A stretch of 63,591 nucleotides of DNA, the filler included, from Octopus bimaculoides (lineage: Eukaryota): assembly GCF_001194135.2 (NCBI RefSeq). It is 8 parts of 7 records of this genome, joined end to end, with 100 filler letters (N's around TTAATTAATTAA, not from the genome) between each part and the next. Parts side by side here need not be neighbours in the genome. Positions count along the whole stretch, not along the records: positions 28,851 to 38,277 come from NC_068991.1; positions 38,378 to 42,643 come from NC_068990.1; positions 42,744 to 53,054 come from NC_068981.1; 5 more parts are not named here. One strand, given 5' to 3'. Below the pieces are notes generated by a model. That model was given only the letters and a program-made list of their open reading frames with translations. It was not told where the DNA came from and ran no database searches. A program made the translations under genes and the position numbers. This document shows, one piece after another, positions 35,815 to 48,400 of the stretch. Each line of letters begins with the position of its first letter. Position 1 is the first letter of the stretch.

Positions 35815-36020
35815 TGAGCTAGCAGAGTTGTTAGCACGGCGGACAAAGTTCTTAGCGGCATTTCGTCCGACTTCACTTTCTGGTTTCAAATTCTACAGAG
35901 GTCGATATTTGTCTTTCATCCTTTCAGGTCCGATGAAATAAGTACCAGTTGAATACTGGAGGTCGACGTATTCGACTTAGGCCCTCTCCTGAAGTTAAAA
36001 TGTTCGCTTTGCAACGACGT
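35815..36020 (+). mobile_element. SINE family B (further copies at about 45985-46170, 46400-46500, 53965-54110 and 59150-59400)
   Basis: GAGCTAGCAGAGTTGTTAGCACG..TCTTTCATCCTTTCAGGTCCGATGAAATAAGTACCAGTT. Confidence 0.8.
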
Positions 36021-37518
36021 GGTNNNNNNNNNNNNNNNNNNNNNNNNNNNNNNNNNNNNNNNNNNNNNNNNNNNNNNNNNNNNNNNNNNNNNNNNNNNNN
36101 NNNNNNNNNNNNNNNNNNNNNNNNNNNNNNNNNNNNNNNNNNNNNNNNNNNNNNNNNNNNNNNNNNNNNNNNNNNNNNNNNNNNNNNNNNNNNNNNNNNN
36201 NNNNNNNNNNNNNNNNNNNNNNNNNNNNNNNNNNNNNNNNNNNNNNNNNNNNNNNNNNNNNNNNNNNNNNNNNNNNNNNNNNNNNNNNNNNNNNNNNNNN
36301 NNNNNNNNNNNNNNNNNNNNNNNNNNNNNNNNNNNNNNNNNNCACACACACACACACTTACACACATACGCTTGCACGCATACAGATAGAAAGAGAGACG
36401 AGAGAGAGATTATTAATTGCATACGACAGACATAAATACTTTCCCTCTCTTCATACGCATAAAGTGAAATATACTCATACACATAAACATGGAGAGAGGA
36501 AGATAGACAAACAAAAACAGAGATGGAGGGGGGGGAGACACAGAGACAGGGTTCGAGGGTGAGAGAGAGCCAGGGAGAGAACGAAATAAACAACCGGAGT
36601 AGTTTTGTTTGTGTTTCCTTAACTTAGCAGCTCAGCAATAAGGAACGAAATACCTACCACACTTTAAACATAAATATATTCAGGGGTCGTTTTATTCTAC
36701 TCAAAATCCTTCTAGATGGTGCTCCAGCATGGCCAGAGTCCAGTGGCTGAAACAAATAAAGGAAAAAGATAAACAAGACTGATGTATTGACAACAGCTGG
36801 TGCGTCTTGTTTTGTAATTTTAACGAAGTTGTAACTAAGGTCCAGAAGTCACAGCTGTTGAGGGTTAGAAGATTAGTGGCCATGAAATAGCAGATAACAG
36901 TTGCCTAGTAACGAGCAAGCAAAGGAATTTTGCAATTTACGAATTGCTTCGTTATAGGATATACACCTGTGCATGCATATACATGCGTATATGTATATAG
37001 ATGCATACATATATAAATAAAAAAAATATTTATAAAAAGATCGAAGGGGACACACACACGCATGTATAAATATATAAATATATGTATAAGGTTAAGAAGG
37101 GTATTGGATTCAACCAAACCCAAAGATACAGGTAATACCGAGTAAGTGATGTATACCGGCTAGTTTTGCCCCATTCGTTGTATAAACAAGAGTGGGGATT
37201 ATAACATAGGTCGTGTATTTCTATTTGAAAACAATCAGTCTATACAATCAGTATGCATACACGACATGAAATCATGTAAATAAACAATAAAACTTCTTTT
37301 GGTTGATAGGTTTCAAACAGTGGAGATTATGTTTCTGCCTCACAAAAAAGGTGTTCCGTACGATCAGCTTAAAATTCCTCCACAGCAATCATGAACCTCC
37401 CCCAATTTATACTATTATACACGTAATCACAATTAGTATAAGCGCATATCTGTGTGTGGGAATGCGCAGGGTGTGGAGGGCACGAATATGTATGCGTGTG
37501 CGCATGTTTCTCTGTACA

Positions 37519-37732
37519 TAGGGGTTGCTGGAAAGTCCCTGGCTTTAAGAGTATCGCGAAAGACCTGGCTGGAGGCTCAACCTTCTGGTTTCTTTTACAG
37601 GGCTTAGAAAAACCGAAGGATCGCTGCAATAAGTGTGTGAATCTGAGAAGCGAATATGCTTTATAAAATAACAATCAACTGATCCTCCTGTATTTTCTTT
37701 TACCCAAATCCAGGAACTTTTCTGCGCCACAT
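37519..37732 (+). mobile_element. mariner-derived MITE (~210 bp)
   Basis: Imperfect TIRs GGGGTTGCTGGAAAGTCCCTGGCTTT and AAATCCAGGAACTTTTCTGCGCCAC; retains the codons for the mariner C-terminus (NKCVNLRSEY). Confidence 0.72.
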
Positions 37733-39029
37733 AAAAGCTGGAAGTCCGAGTAAATTCATTAAATTTTTTATATACAGGTGTTAAAGAAGAAAATTTTCCT
37801 TCAGACAGATAGATAGAGAGAGAGGGGGAGAGAGGGAGAGGGGGAGAGAGAGAGGGAGAGAACAAGAGAGAATGGGAAACAGACAGACAGAATGAGTGAG
37901 TGAGTGAGAGAGAGAAAGGGATAGAGAGAGGCGGTTTCAAAATGAATTCAGGCTGTTTACGAAACACGTGTAAAGGTTCTTTTTCTTCTTAAAACTTTAT
38001 AAAGGTATAATACAAAATTTTAGAACCGAATCTTCAGTTTTATTCTGATCTGGGATATGTACTTAGTAATCTATTCTGATTTATATAATATCAAACAAAA
38101 ATCTTACTAAGGATAAATGATGCTTAATACTGATTGGTAAATCGATATACATGGATTTACATGAACTTCTAAGCAAGGGTTAACAATTACGCTATTTCAT
38201 TCAGACCATTAACTTTTCAGTACACATACACACACATGTATATATACATAGAAGTATATATATATATATATATATATNNNNNNNNNNNNNNNNNNNNNNN
38301 NNNNNNNNNNNNNNNNNNNNNTTAATTAATTAANNNNNNNNNNNNNNNNNNNNNNNNNNNNNNNNNNNNNNNNNNNNCTTACAATTTTTGTGAGACGCTG
38401 CGTTCAATCATGTAAAAACAAATAGTAAATGAGTATATGCATATATACGTACAGGTATGTGCATACCGACATCCACCTGTATGTATAGGTGCATATCTGG
38501 GTACAGGACATTGCAAACAAATGTAGACGAGAACACACGAGCCACATAGAGAACATTCTACTTCATCAGCTACCCACGTTTTAACACCGGCGTTTCGACG
38601 AGCTTCGGGCAGGACGCATCGTTAAAACGGCTCGTCCCATGGATCGCAGATTAAATTTGTACACGCAAATTAAATCTAGCCATGGAGGAATGTAGTGGCG
38701 GACAAAAAACAAGACAGGAAAACAAAGGGCGAAGGGGGGAGTTCACACGTCTAGTCTAGCTGCAGACATAAAAACTATTTTGTTTTATGATTACACATAT
38801 TCACATATTATAATACATCATCACCATCATATGAATGTAAACGCATATGTGCTCACATACTCATACACAACCGCGCGCGCATATGCACACGCATTAAAAA
38901 ATATATATATATGTATAAATCTGTCTATATATATAAATGCTTATCTATGTTTGAATATATTTGAACTACTCATATGTTAATGTCATCAGAATTTCTTTAT
39001 CACCATCAATATATATGCATGCATGTATG

Positions 39030-39063
<34 letters not shown>

Positions 39064-39457
39064 TGCATGCATGCATACATACATACATACATACGTACAT
39101 ACATACATACATACAAGTTCTTGTTTCCTCTTTATTGCAACTAGCCATCAATAAGGTATTACTAATTATCCAAGTCGTTGGTTAGAGTCGTTGTGGGGTC
39201 ACAAGATCACACTGCAATCATGTTCACGATCCGATTTCATTTCCCTGGTGGGTCCCCTTTACGACATTCGTTCCCCAATTTTCCCTTTTTCGTTTCCCTT
39301 TCAAGTCTGAAAGGGTTTGCTATAACGTTTGGTTGGGTTAGTTAAACTAGTGCATTCTTGTAAGCGATATTTATAGATGTATCGGCATTATAAACAAGCT
39401 GAAAAGAAGCAGAAATGATGGAGTGTTTTCTTCCGATTGAAAAAGGAACTTCTCTCT

Positions 39458-39504
<47 letters not shown>

Positions 39505-39649
39505 CTTTTCTCTCTCTCCTCTCTTTCTCTCTCTCTATCTCTCAAATGCCATTCGTTAATAATGACATATCGATTGGCGGTGGAGATTTTTTTAATAAAT
39601 CAAAAAGTTGTTATATGGAATTTCTTATACCTGCATTTGTCTCTTTTTC

Positions 39650-40335
39650 TCCTTCGCGCCGGAAGCTCCAGTACGAACATTTCAGAATGTTTGGGTGTCA
39701 ATCTGAGGACAGTGCAATATGAGGACATGTACCGTGACTGATAAAAATCAAACATCCAGTCAACATCATGGTGTTTGGAGTGATCACTAGAGATGGCGAC
39801 GTTATGCCTTTATCTTCCAATACGGCTTCAGACTCAACATGGAGGATTTAGTGCTACCCTGAGGCAAGAGGGTGGCTGCTGTAAGACCCTATGTCTGACA
39901 ACAGGACTCTGCGCCGTTCCACACAAGCAGGAGAACCCAGTTATGGCTGTCCGACAATTTCTGCGACCACATTACCCCTAACATCTGGCCACCTAACTCC
40001 CCAGACTGCAACCCCCTTGATTACTATGTGTGGGACGCAGTTAAGCGAGAGAGAAACAAAATTCCTTGTAACACCAAAGATGAACTAAAGGTGAATATTA
40101 CGACAGCATTCACCAACTTAAACAAGGAAACCGTCCAGAAGATTTGCAGGAAATTCCCAAGTCGTCTGGAGGCCGTGGTTGAAGGCCAACGCGATTTTAT
40201 TGAATAAAGTTACTTTTTAGTATTTCAAGATATTTACATTTTATGTAATTTTAGTAAATATATTTGTTAAAATGAGATGTCAGTGTTATTTTCATTTTTG
40301 CGTAGTTTAGACGACAATTTATTCACCGCACCCTG
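39650..40335 (+). mobile_element. maT-type (DD37D) Tc1/mariner, internally deleted, 3' TIR intact
   Basis: QDSAPFHTSRRTQLWLSDNFCDHITPNIWPPNSPDCNPLDY (D at 39905, D at 40019, 37 residues between). TIR GACAATTTATTCACCGCACCCTG followed by TA. Confidence 0.9.
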
Positions 40336-40350
40336 TATACATACATGCAT

Positions 40351-40381
<31 letters not shown>

Positions 40382-40532
40382 TATATATATATATATGATA
40401 TGAGTGGCTAATTCACGGTGAGAGCTTCTGGTAAGCATTAAAATACATTAAGCATCAGAATGCGAAATCATCGTTGATACATATATACTTAGATAGATAC
40501 ATATATATACGCAGATACGCAATCATCGTATG

Positions 40533-41024
40533 CGTGGTCTGATCAATAAGTATCAAGACTGTCACTATAGTAACGAAGCTAAAGCACAGAGATTAAAGCT
40601 GATTGGCAAAGATTGACATTGAATTCTGGTATGCATGCAGAGAATCTGCATCAAATTTTGCCAAAAGCTTGGCGACACCTGCTCAGAGACCTACACATTT
40701 TTCGGTCATCTTGGAAACGTCTAGATCACTCGTACACTTGTGTGTTGATTATATACTCCTCACCATACACTTTCTGCAACTTTGTGTAGGCCTTTGAGCA
40801 GGTATCACCATGACAACTTTCTCTGTAATGGTCAATGCGACGATCATACGCTACATACAAACCTTCCTTCCAAACACTGCTGTAAACAGCGGAAGCTAGA
40901 ACATTAAAACTTAGTGCACATGCACAGCAAAGTACAAGGTCAATCTGTGCCAAAGCAGCTTCTCTCTACGTGTTTTAGCTTCGTTACTATGTCAACAATC
41001 CGGATACTTATTGAGTAGACCTCG
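40533..41024 (-). mobile_element. mariner deletion derivative (~490 bp) with ~55-bp TIRs
   Basis: Left end CGTGGTCTGATCAATAAGTATC..ATAGTAACGAAGCTAAAGCAC is mirrored at 40971-41024. Internal remnant AYTKLQKVYGEE..TQVYE*SRRFQD. Confidence 0.82.
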
Positions 41025-42507
41025 TATATAGATGCTCATCTGACCTTATTATTTTTTAGGGTCTTTGTAACAGATAGAAAACTGGAGAAAACTAATAACA
41101 AACCAAGAACATAGTCTAAATGCTAGCAACGGAGCAAACTCCGCAACAGTCATTCAAGGACCGGGACCAAGAAATAGATTAAGCCACCTACTAAAAAGCT
41201 CAAATTGTAAATATCCGGAACAAATACTGGGAAGTGTCTGATACAACTAAATAAATCCTTTTTGACACATTATCTCAAGAAATAAGAAATGCATATGTTT
41301 ACATAGGGAAGAAAATACTATTATAATATTATGAATTTATTCATTATAACATTAATATTAATATATCTATATTCATGAAATGTATTTCCCATGTTGTGCG
41401 GAAACGACCGTAATTAAAGAATTAAAGATAACACCATATTCAGATTCTCACTGTTCTACGTGCACCCCATAAAAAAATAACCTAATCAGATTTTTCTATG
41501 CAAATGTTTGTTATTGGTTATTTACGTGTTCCATTTCCAGTGAAGGGAACGAATCTTACTGCAATCACCGTTTAATCATAGGTATTGAAAATCGCAATGG
41601 TAAATTGGTTTTACTTCCTTTTGCCTAATACTTTTCTTTTCTTCATACATCCCTACGAACTATATTACTCAGTGTGTCTTCTTTTAAGGATTTTAGAACG
41701 CAATTTAAAATTGGAGCTGCTATATCTAGCCTAGCAGATCGAGCGACCATATGGAGCAGTGATTCTCAACCATTTTTTTTTTAACTTTGGACCTGTTTAA
41801 TTACTATTTTATACTAGAGGGCCCCACCCCATTGCTATTCGATGTTTTATAGATACTTCTTCAAAATTCTTATTTTCATTTTCACTCATACACTTGTATG
41901 AGATTACGAAAGCACACTCGAAAAGAAAATGCTTCAGTGGCCCGAAACATGCTAAACTGTAAAACGTTAGAGACAGAAACCTAGCTGCTTCATGCAATAA
42001 ACACATCGAATGCAAACTTGTTTCGTGGCGCTTTAAAATGCTAACATGGATCCCTAAATTACTGTTTTGCTTTCGTGAACCCTCAAAGAGCTTATATAGT
42101 TCCCAAAGGATCATATGGATCCCTGTTGGAGTTTTGGATACATGACGTGACTTTCTTAAAATCAGTCTGTTGACAGCAAATTAGAAAAACTCCCCGGTCA
42201 CAAAGAAACACAGTGTTTCTTTACCAGATAAACAAGGTAATATATGGATATATGCACTAAGAGATATGGGAAATTGTAGATTTGACCTTCAACTACAGAA
42301 TTTGATATACTGTTAAGTTAGTTTTATCAGGTCATCCCATAAGCTCTGTCCGATTTTGCCTTTTTAAGAATTGAATGAAATTTGATAGTATTTTAGAATG
42401 TCTAATGGAATTAAAAATTATTTTTAAGCATTTGTGTATATTTAAACTTTTTTTTTTTTTTTACAGAATAATAGACTTAAAATTTCTTTGATTAAAACCC
42501 TTTCTAA

Positions 42508-42830
42508 CATGGAAGTATCCAAAGAGCGTTTGAGGCACATAATGCTTTATGAGTACAAAAAAGGAAACTCTGCAGTCAAAGCGACTCGAAACATACACCC
42601 AGTTTATGGGAAAGAATGCTTGAATGAAAGAACTTGCAGAAGANNNNNNNNNNNNNNNNNNNNNNNNNNNNNNNNNNNNNNNNNNNNTTAATTAATTAAN
42701 NNNNNNNNNNNNNNNNNNNNNNNNNNNNNNNNNNNNNNNNNNNCTTTATTCTCTCGACCTTGCTCCTTCAGACTACCATTTGTTTCGTAGTTTACAGAAT
42801 AATTTGGGGGATATAACTTTCGCAATAGTA
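42508..42830 (+). mobile_element. mariner transposase N- and C-terminal fragments flanking an assembly gap
   Basis: MEVSKERLRHIMLYEYKKGNSAVKATRNI; after the gap, YSLDLAPSDYHLFRSLQN. Confidence 0.8.
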
Positions 42831-42959
42831 TTTGTAGATTATTATGAGTATAGGCTGATGCGTATATATGTGTGTAGAATTAGTCTATTTAGCTGATTAG
42901 GGTGGGTACGTATTGGTTGGTGGTTGAAGAGTGGTTATTTCACGATATTTTCCTGTCGA

Positions 42960-43310
42960 TAGGAGTTAGAGCTCGATGAGCAAGCATCCGCTGAATATCT
43001 TACTCCCATTGTTTAAGTATATATTATTGGATTTTAATCCTTGTAATATCCAGAACATTTTAGCTAAGAAAAGAGAACTTTTTTTTTCTTCTGATATACA
43101 CCCTGGACCTATCCAGCACTTCCCATTTCATGTTACATGGTATTCCTTCCTTTTTAGTTCCCAGAACGCTTCGCACGGGTCGTTGTTGTCCCCTTTTCTG
43201 GAGGTCTAAAGGATAATATGTGAGTAGTATCGGTTCTTAAAACGGTCTTTTAACATAGACACATATTTTCCTCCGCTCCCTTTTTGGCTGGTTTCAGCTG
43301 GTGTAATAAC
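42960..43310 (-). mobile_element. Penelope-like GIY-YIG C-terminal fragment
   Basis: KDRFKNRYYSH..FWELKRKEYHVT..KMFWILQ, a decayed version of the same PLE C-terminal motif. Confidence 0.55.
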
Positions 43311-43379
43311 GGTTAGGAATATATTCGTGTTTTCGGATAAAAGTAAAAACTAATATATTAAGTTGATAAGGATAAATAT

Positions 43380-43790
43380 AACCAGCTCTTACATGTTGGT
43401 ATGAATAATAAATACCAGAACGCCACCACTGATACCTATAATAAATTTACTGATGAAACTAAAGGTATCGACACAACTTTAAAGATAGATAACGTAATGC
43501 TTTATACCTTGCTTAAAGACCATAAACAAGATTTCAACTACAATCTCACCTGTGGATTAATTAAACCAGCCAGAACAGAATAAAGATTAACTTGTGAGGA
43601 GATTTTAAGGGGTAATAATATACGTACAAAGACAGCACTTCTACTGCTGTGGAATAACACATCAACTGTGATACGTTGGTTTCATACAGAAATATGAATT
43701 GCTTCGCTTTAGTTGCTGCTTGGCAGCGTAGGAATATTTTCTTCACTTTGGAGAAGATTATAAAACCTTTTAGGGGAAAAATAGTACTGG
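43380..43790 (+). mobile_element. Penelope-like RT N-terminal fragment
   Basis: TLLKDHKQDFNYNLTCGLIKPARTE..LWNNTSTVIRWF resembles the PLE motif TLKDHKxNF...CRLINPAK.E..WKNT..VIxWF. Confidence 0.7.
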
Positions 43791-43864
43791 TCATTTAAGT
43801 CTGGCAACCGGAACGGAAATCATTTTCAAACAAGTTCAGTCCAGTTTCTATCTTTATCTGGATT

Positions 43865-44222
43865 TTATTACCTCTGCCTTAGCGAAGGCGGAAGTATTGT
43901 TTTCAGTCGTGGTTTTTTTTTGTCGTTGGACAAGATATCTCAAGAACCACTGAATGGATTCGGATGAAACTTTCAGGAATGTTTAGCCTCGTGACTAGCA
44001 CGAACCGATTAGATTTGGGGATCGATCCGATACCGGACAAGGATTCTGGATCACTTTTCCGATTTTTTAAACTTAATTTTTGTGAGCGGTAGGGTTCATT
44101 TTTAGTATTCTCGTTTGTGAGAGCAGTCGAGTTTATTTCAGATATTCTCATTGTAAAAATCATCTCCTGCTAATCGTTGGTGTTAACTTAGCGGAGGTTT
44201 GCGCTTTCTGAGTGCTCTTGTT
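43865..44222 (+). mobile_element. Helentron-associated non-autonomous element (HINE/DINE-1-like), ~360 bp
   Basis: 5' subterminal repeat with hairpin ACCTCTGCCTT-AGCG-AAGGCGGAAGT; core GATATCTCAAGAACCACTGAATGGATT..ATGAAACTT; 3' subterminal repeat AGCGGAGGT (44190); 3' hairpin GCGCT-TTCTG-AGTGC, then a T-rich end. Confidence 0.7.
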
Positions 44223-46699
44223 TAATCTGGATTTTGGGAAGAACCCCTCTACTCACTTGTGTTTTGTGATATTTTCCTCTCTTCGTCCTTGATAAATGAA
44301 TGGCATAGTGTTTCAACGTAGCAGATGTCCATACAAATTTTTTCTTGCCTTTCATAAGTGGTTTGGTGTCACCATGTAACTTGTAATAAATAATACAACT
44401 TTTGAATAAATCCAGAAAAAAGTGTTATGTCTTTTAGCCGGAGCATGAGTGTACAAGCAATTTTTGTCTAATTATTACTTAGATTTTACATTGTATCGTT
44501 GTTTGCTCTCTACTTAGAAGTGTTTGCTTTAGCTTAACCGTATAAGAGCACAAATATAAGCGGTTTCCCCGCCTCCTTCCTTCCCCCACCCATTCTCCCT
44601 CTTTCAAACACACACAACACGTGCATAGGCATATCCGCAATCCATCCAACTAAATTTACATCTCTATTTGTACATTGGAAACAACCCGCATTCTATCTAC
44701 ATTTTCATATACACACATAAATACACACGCATGTATACTTGTAAGCATACACACACACACGTACACACACACATACACACACAAATATATACATATATAT
44801 GTGTATATATATGTGTATATATACATACACACACACACATATACATACATGCATACTTACACATACATACAGTCACATACACACGCACTCAGCCCTATGT
44901 AAAAGCATGTGTGTCTGTGTTTGTGTGTGTGCGTATGTGTGTGTGTCTGCGTACTAAACAATATTTATACATGTGTACGTATAAAAAAAAAAACCTTTAC
45001 TTATTAGTAATTACAAACGGTATACATACACACTCTCAAGCAAACGTGGGTGTAAATGTGCGTATCTATGTTCATGCATATTAATATGTTGACCATTGGC
45101 AAGCATCAAAAGGAACGCAGCCATTCAACAAAACAAAAGACGAAACGAAACATGAAACAACTCCAGCCGCTGCAGTATGCCTGCCTAAAGAATCGAAAAA
45201 ACTCAAATAATACTCATGAGAAATAACAACAATCAAAGAAGTATGTAATCAATAACAGAATAACTAAGGTACATTAAAAAAATATATATAATAAAACAAA
45301 TCATAAAAGATTTTCAAGCAATTTGTAGAGTAAATTCTCGATTTTGAGAAAATGTTATGAAACGTTTATATTTGAAATTGGAACATCCGAAACGGTCAAC
45401 AATGAACGAACTATTAAAAAAAATAAATGACTGTTTTATTCTACTGATGTTTCGAACCACAACCCTCAAACATGACAAAACTGAGAACAAGCCATTGTTG
45501 AAATAAACTTCGCAGAAGACCTTATTTATGCTAGACACAGATACCTTTTTTTCAAGTCATAGCAGATCACAGTGTTGTTTCTGGGTTATATACCTCGAAA
45601 TATTTATAAGGTAAGCTTAATAATTTGAACATTGTTAGTACTTCTCGTATTTAGATTTCAAACACACAATATGTCATAACGCATTTTCCACCTACGCCCA
45701 CCAAAATATGTCAACGCAATCTCTTCATACTGGGATGCAAAAAATACTTGAATTTTGCATTTATAAACGAAATAGTTGTGAGATTTTTTTGCAAAGACTG
45801 ACTGCTGTTGGGGAACTATTTGTATAGGTACAGCCGGTGATAGGGATATTTTTCTCACTAAAACTCTGTGGCAGGCGAAAATGCTTGGAGACGCTGTCTG
45901 CCTATCGATAAATTTATTTTACTTCGAAGCTAATTCTAACTCTTGCCTCAATCCCTGTTTCATCTTGTCTATGATCTGAAATATTGATTTCAAATCTTGC
46001 CACAAGGCCAGCAATTCCGGGGGTGGAGGAGTGGGTACGTCGATTACATCGGCCCCAGTGCCTAAACTGCTACTTATTTTATTAACTCCGAAAAGATAAA
46101 GACAAAGTCGACTACAATGTAGTTTGAACTCAGAAGCTTAAGACGGACAAAATGCCCCTAAGCGTTTTGCATGACTTGAAATATTGATATATTGAAATAA
46201 ATGTCAACTATATTCTTTTCAATAATGCCTGAGTTGTTGGGGATTCTTTCTTACTGAAATATTGTAGAACGTTTAATCTTATTTTTAAAAAATTGCATTT
46301 TATTAGGCAGTGTGTTAATTATTGTTAGTAAGTCGAGCCAAAAAATCAAGCAAATCAGCACTACTACTATGCAACTTAGAAGGGAGAAAGGGAGAACTAC
46401 TGGTTTCAAATTTTGGCACAAGGTCAGAAATTACATCGACTCCAGTGCTCGACTGATACTTATTTTATCGACTCCGAAGGATGAACGGCAAAGTCAACCT
46501 CCGGCGCAAAGATGGACAAAAGGGACGGTAGGCACTTTGCCAGCTTGTCATCTTAGAAAGGGAGAAATATCAATTACATACTATAATGCTAAAAGGAAAC
46601 AATTCTAGTGTTTCTGGAATTATCAGATGTAGATTAGTTCTTCGGCAAAAGCTTCACAACCTACATAGTTATTGACAGTCTGACATTGGTTCAGTCTAA

Positions 46700-48400
46700 C
46701 ACGTCACTATTTTAGCTCATTTGGCATTAATGAGAAACCTAAAATCTATATTAAACCGATACAGAGAAGGGCTCACCGACAAGGAATACGATTATATGAC
46801 TAACTTCAAGAGTAAATCCAGTAAATTCTACGGGATTCCTAAGATACACAAAAGTGAGAAAATGAGTAACGCATGCAGGAGAGCCACAGGCATAATAATC
46901 AAGGTCCCTACTTCTAATGACATTAAAATAAGACCTATAATAGCAGGTCCCGCATGCGAAACCCTCCGCCTCACTAACTTTTCAGATATCGTCTTAAAAC
47001 CATTCCTCAAGCATGTCAAAAGCTACATAAGGGACGACCTGGATATGCTCAATCACCTTCCTGAAACAATAAACAAAAAACACCTTACTAGTATCCTTCG
47101 ATGTAGTCAACCTCTATTCTAATATCTTCGACAGCCTAGGAATAGAGGTAATTCAATTTGGCTGGAGAATTACTTCAACGAACTCCCACATCGCATCAAA
47201 AAAGAATTCGTAATAGAAGTGTTAAAATTCATCCTGGAGAATAACTACCTTGTCTTCAAAGACAACTTCTATCGAGAAAAATCGGGGACTGCAATGGGTA
47301 CGAGAATGGCCCCTCCTTTACTAACCTAGTCATGGGATATCTAGAAATCAGTCTTTATAGTAAGGTACTAGAAAAATATGGCAACCCATTCTCCCTCTAC
47401 ATAGAAAATAACTGGAAGAGGTATCTGTATGGCTGTTTCATTCTTTGGCATGAAAGTATAGAGAGATTTAAAGAATTTCAAGCACTCGTAAATGGACTTA
47501 ACGTAAACATTCTATTCCTCGATGAAACAGATATATACTATATGGTCACGGACTCTAAGCAATATCTACCGTTCAACTCATGCCACCCCAGACACACTAG
47601 AATGTGTATTTGTACTACAGTTTCTAATACAAGCACCAGGGACGCACGACTACATGAACTAAAGGATACACTGCCCACCATTACTACCCACCATCACTAA
47701 TTGATAGAGGCTTTCAACGTATCCTACAGCGCAACAACCACGAACTCAGACATCCCAAATTAAAGAAGGATTTACAACCAAAAGCCCTGTCATACATCTC
47801 CTCACACAACCCTCTTAAAAATGAAGCCTTCGACACCATCCTCCAGAACATTCCCCTACTAAAAAGGGACCACAGAATGAATTTACTCCTCCAAACGCAC
47901 ACCATCATAAAGAGCAAAAGGCAACACAAATCTATGAAAAGTCTCCTAACACAAGCCTAAGTACACTCGTCAACAACACTGAAGCTGTCAGTAAAAACAT
48001 GCGGAAGACCTAACTGTGGTATATGCGTTGACCTAATTGAGGGATCGGAGTTCTCTTTCAAACAGGGTCAACGTTTTACAGTGAAAAACAACTTCACATG
48101 CGCTTCGGAGAACCTAATATATGTATCAACTTCCTCTGGGTGTCGAGAGCAATACATAGACCAAACCAAAAACGGTCTACGTCAAAGGATGGCTCTACAT
48201 AGATCCCAGATCAAAAATTGGGAATACAGAAAAATAGCATTCAGCTAACACATCGACATTTGCGTCACTATCAAGCAGCCCAGCTTCAGAATTTTTCCCC
48301 TCTATAAATTCAGGGACGATGCAACCTTTAATCAGCGCATTAGCAAAGAGTCATATTTTATCACAAAATATAAACCTCTTTTGAATGCGTCCACCACAAA
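46700..48400 (+). mobile_element. Penelope-like retroelement, degraded RT plus GIY-YIG
   Basis: KFYGIPKIHK, RPIIAGP, KSYIRD, FDVVNLYSNI, SGTAMGTRMAP, WKRYLYGCFILW (YxDD mutated); CGRPNCGIC..NLIYV..GCREQYIDQTKNGLRQRMALHRSQI..KESYFI..KPLLN. Confidence 0.92.

Noticed and set aside
43444-43455. CTGATGA matches here and near 12327, 53271 and 53621
   Set aside because: They lie in PLE or RTE coding sequence, or lack GAAA and stems.
45923-45975. Possible 53-nt minus-strand exon
   Set aside because: The acceptor comes from a SINE tail boundary, and its exit phase does not fit the 29060 candidate exon.
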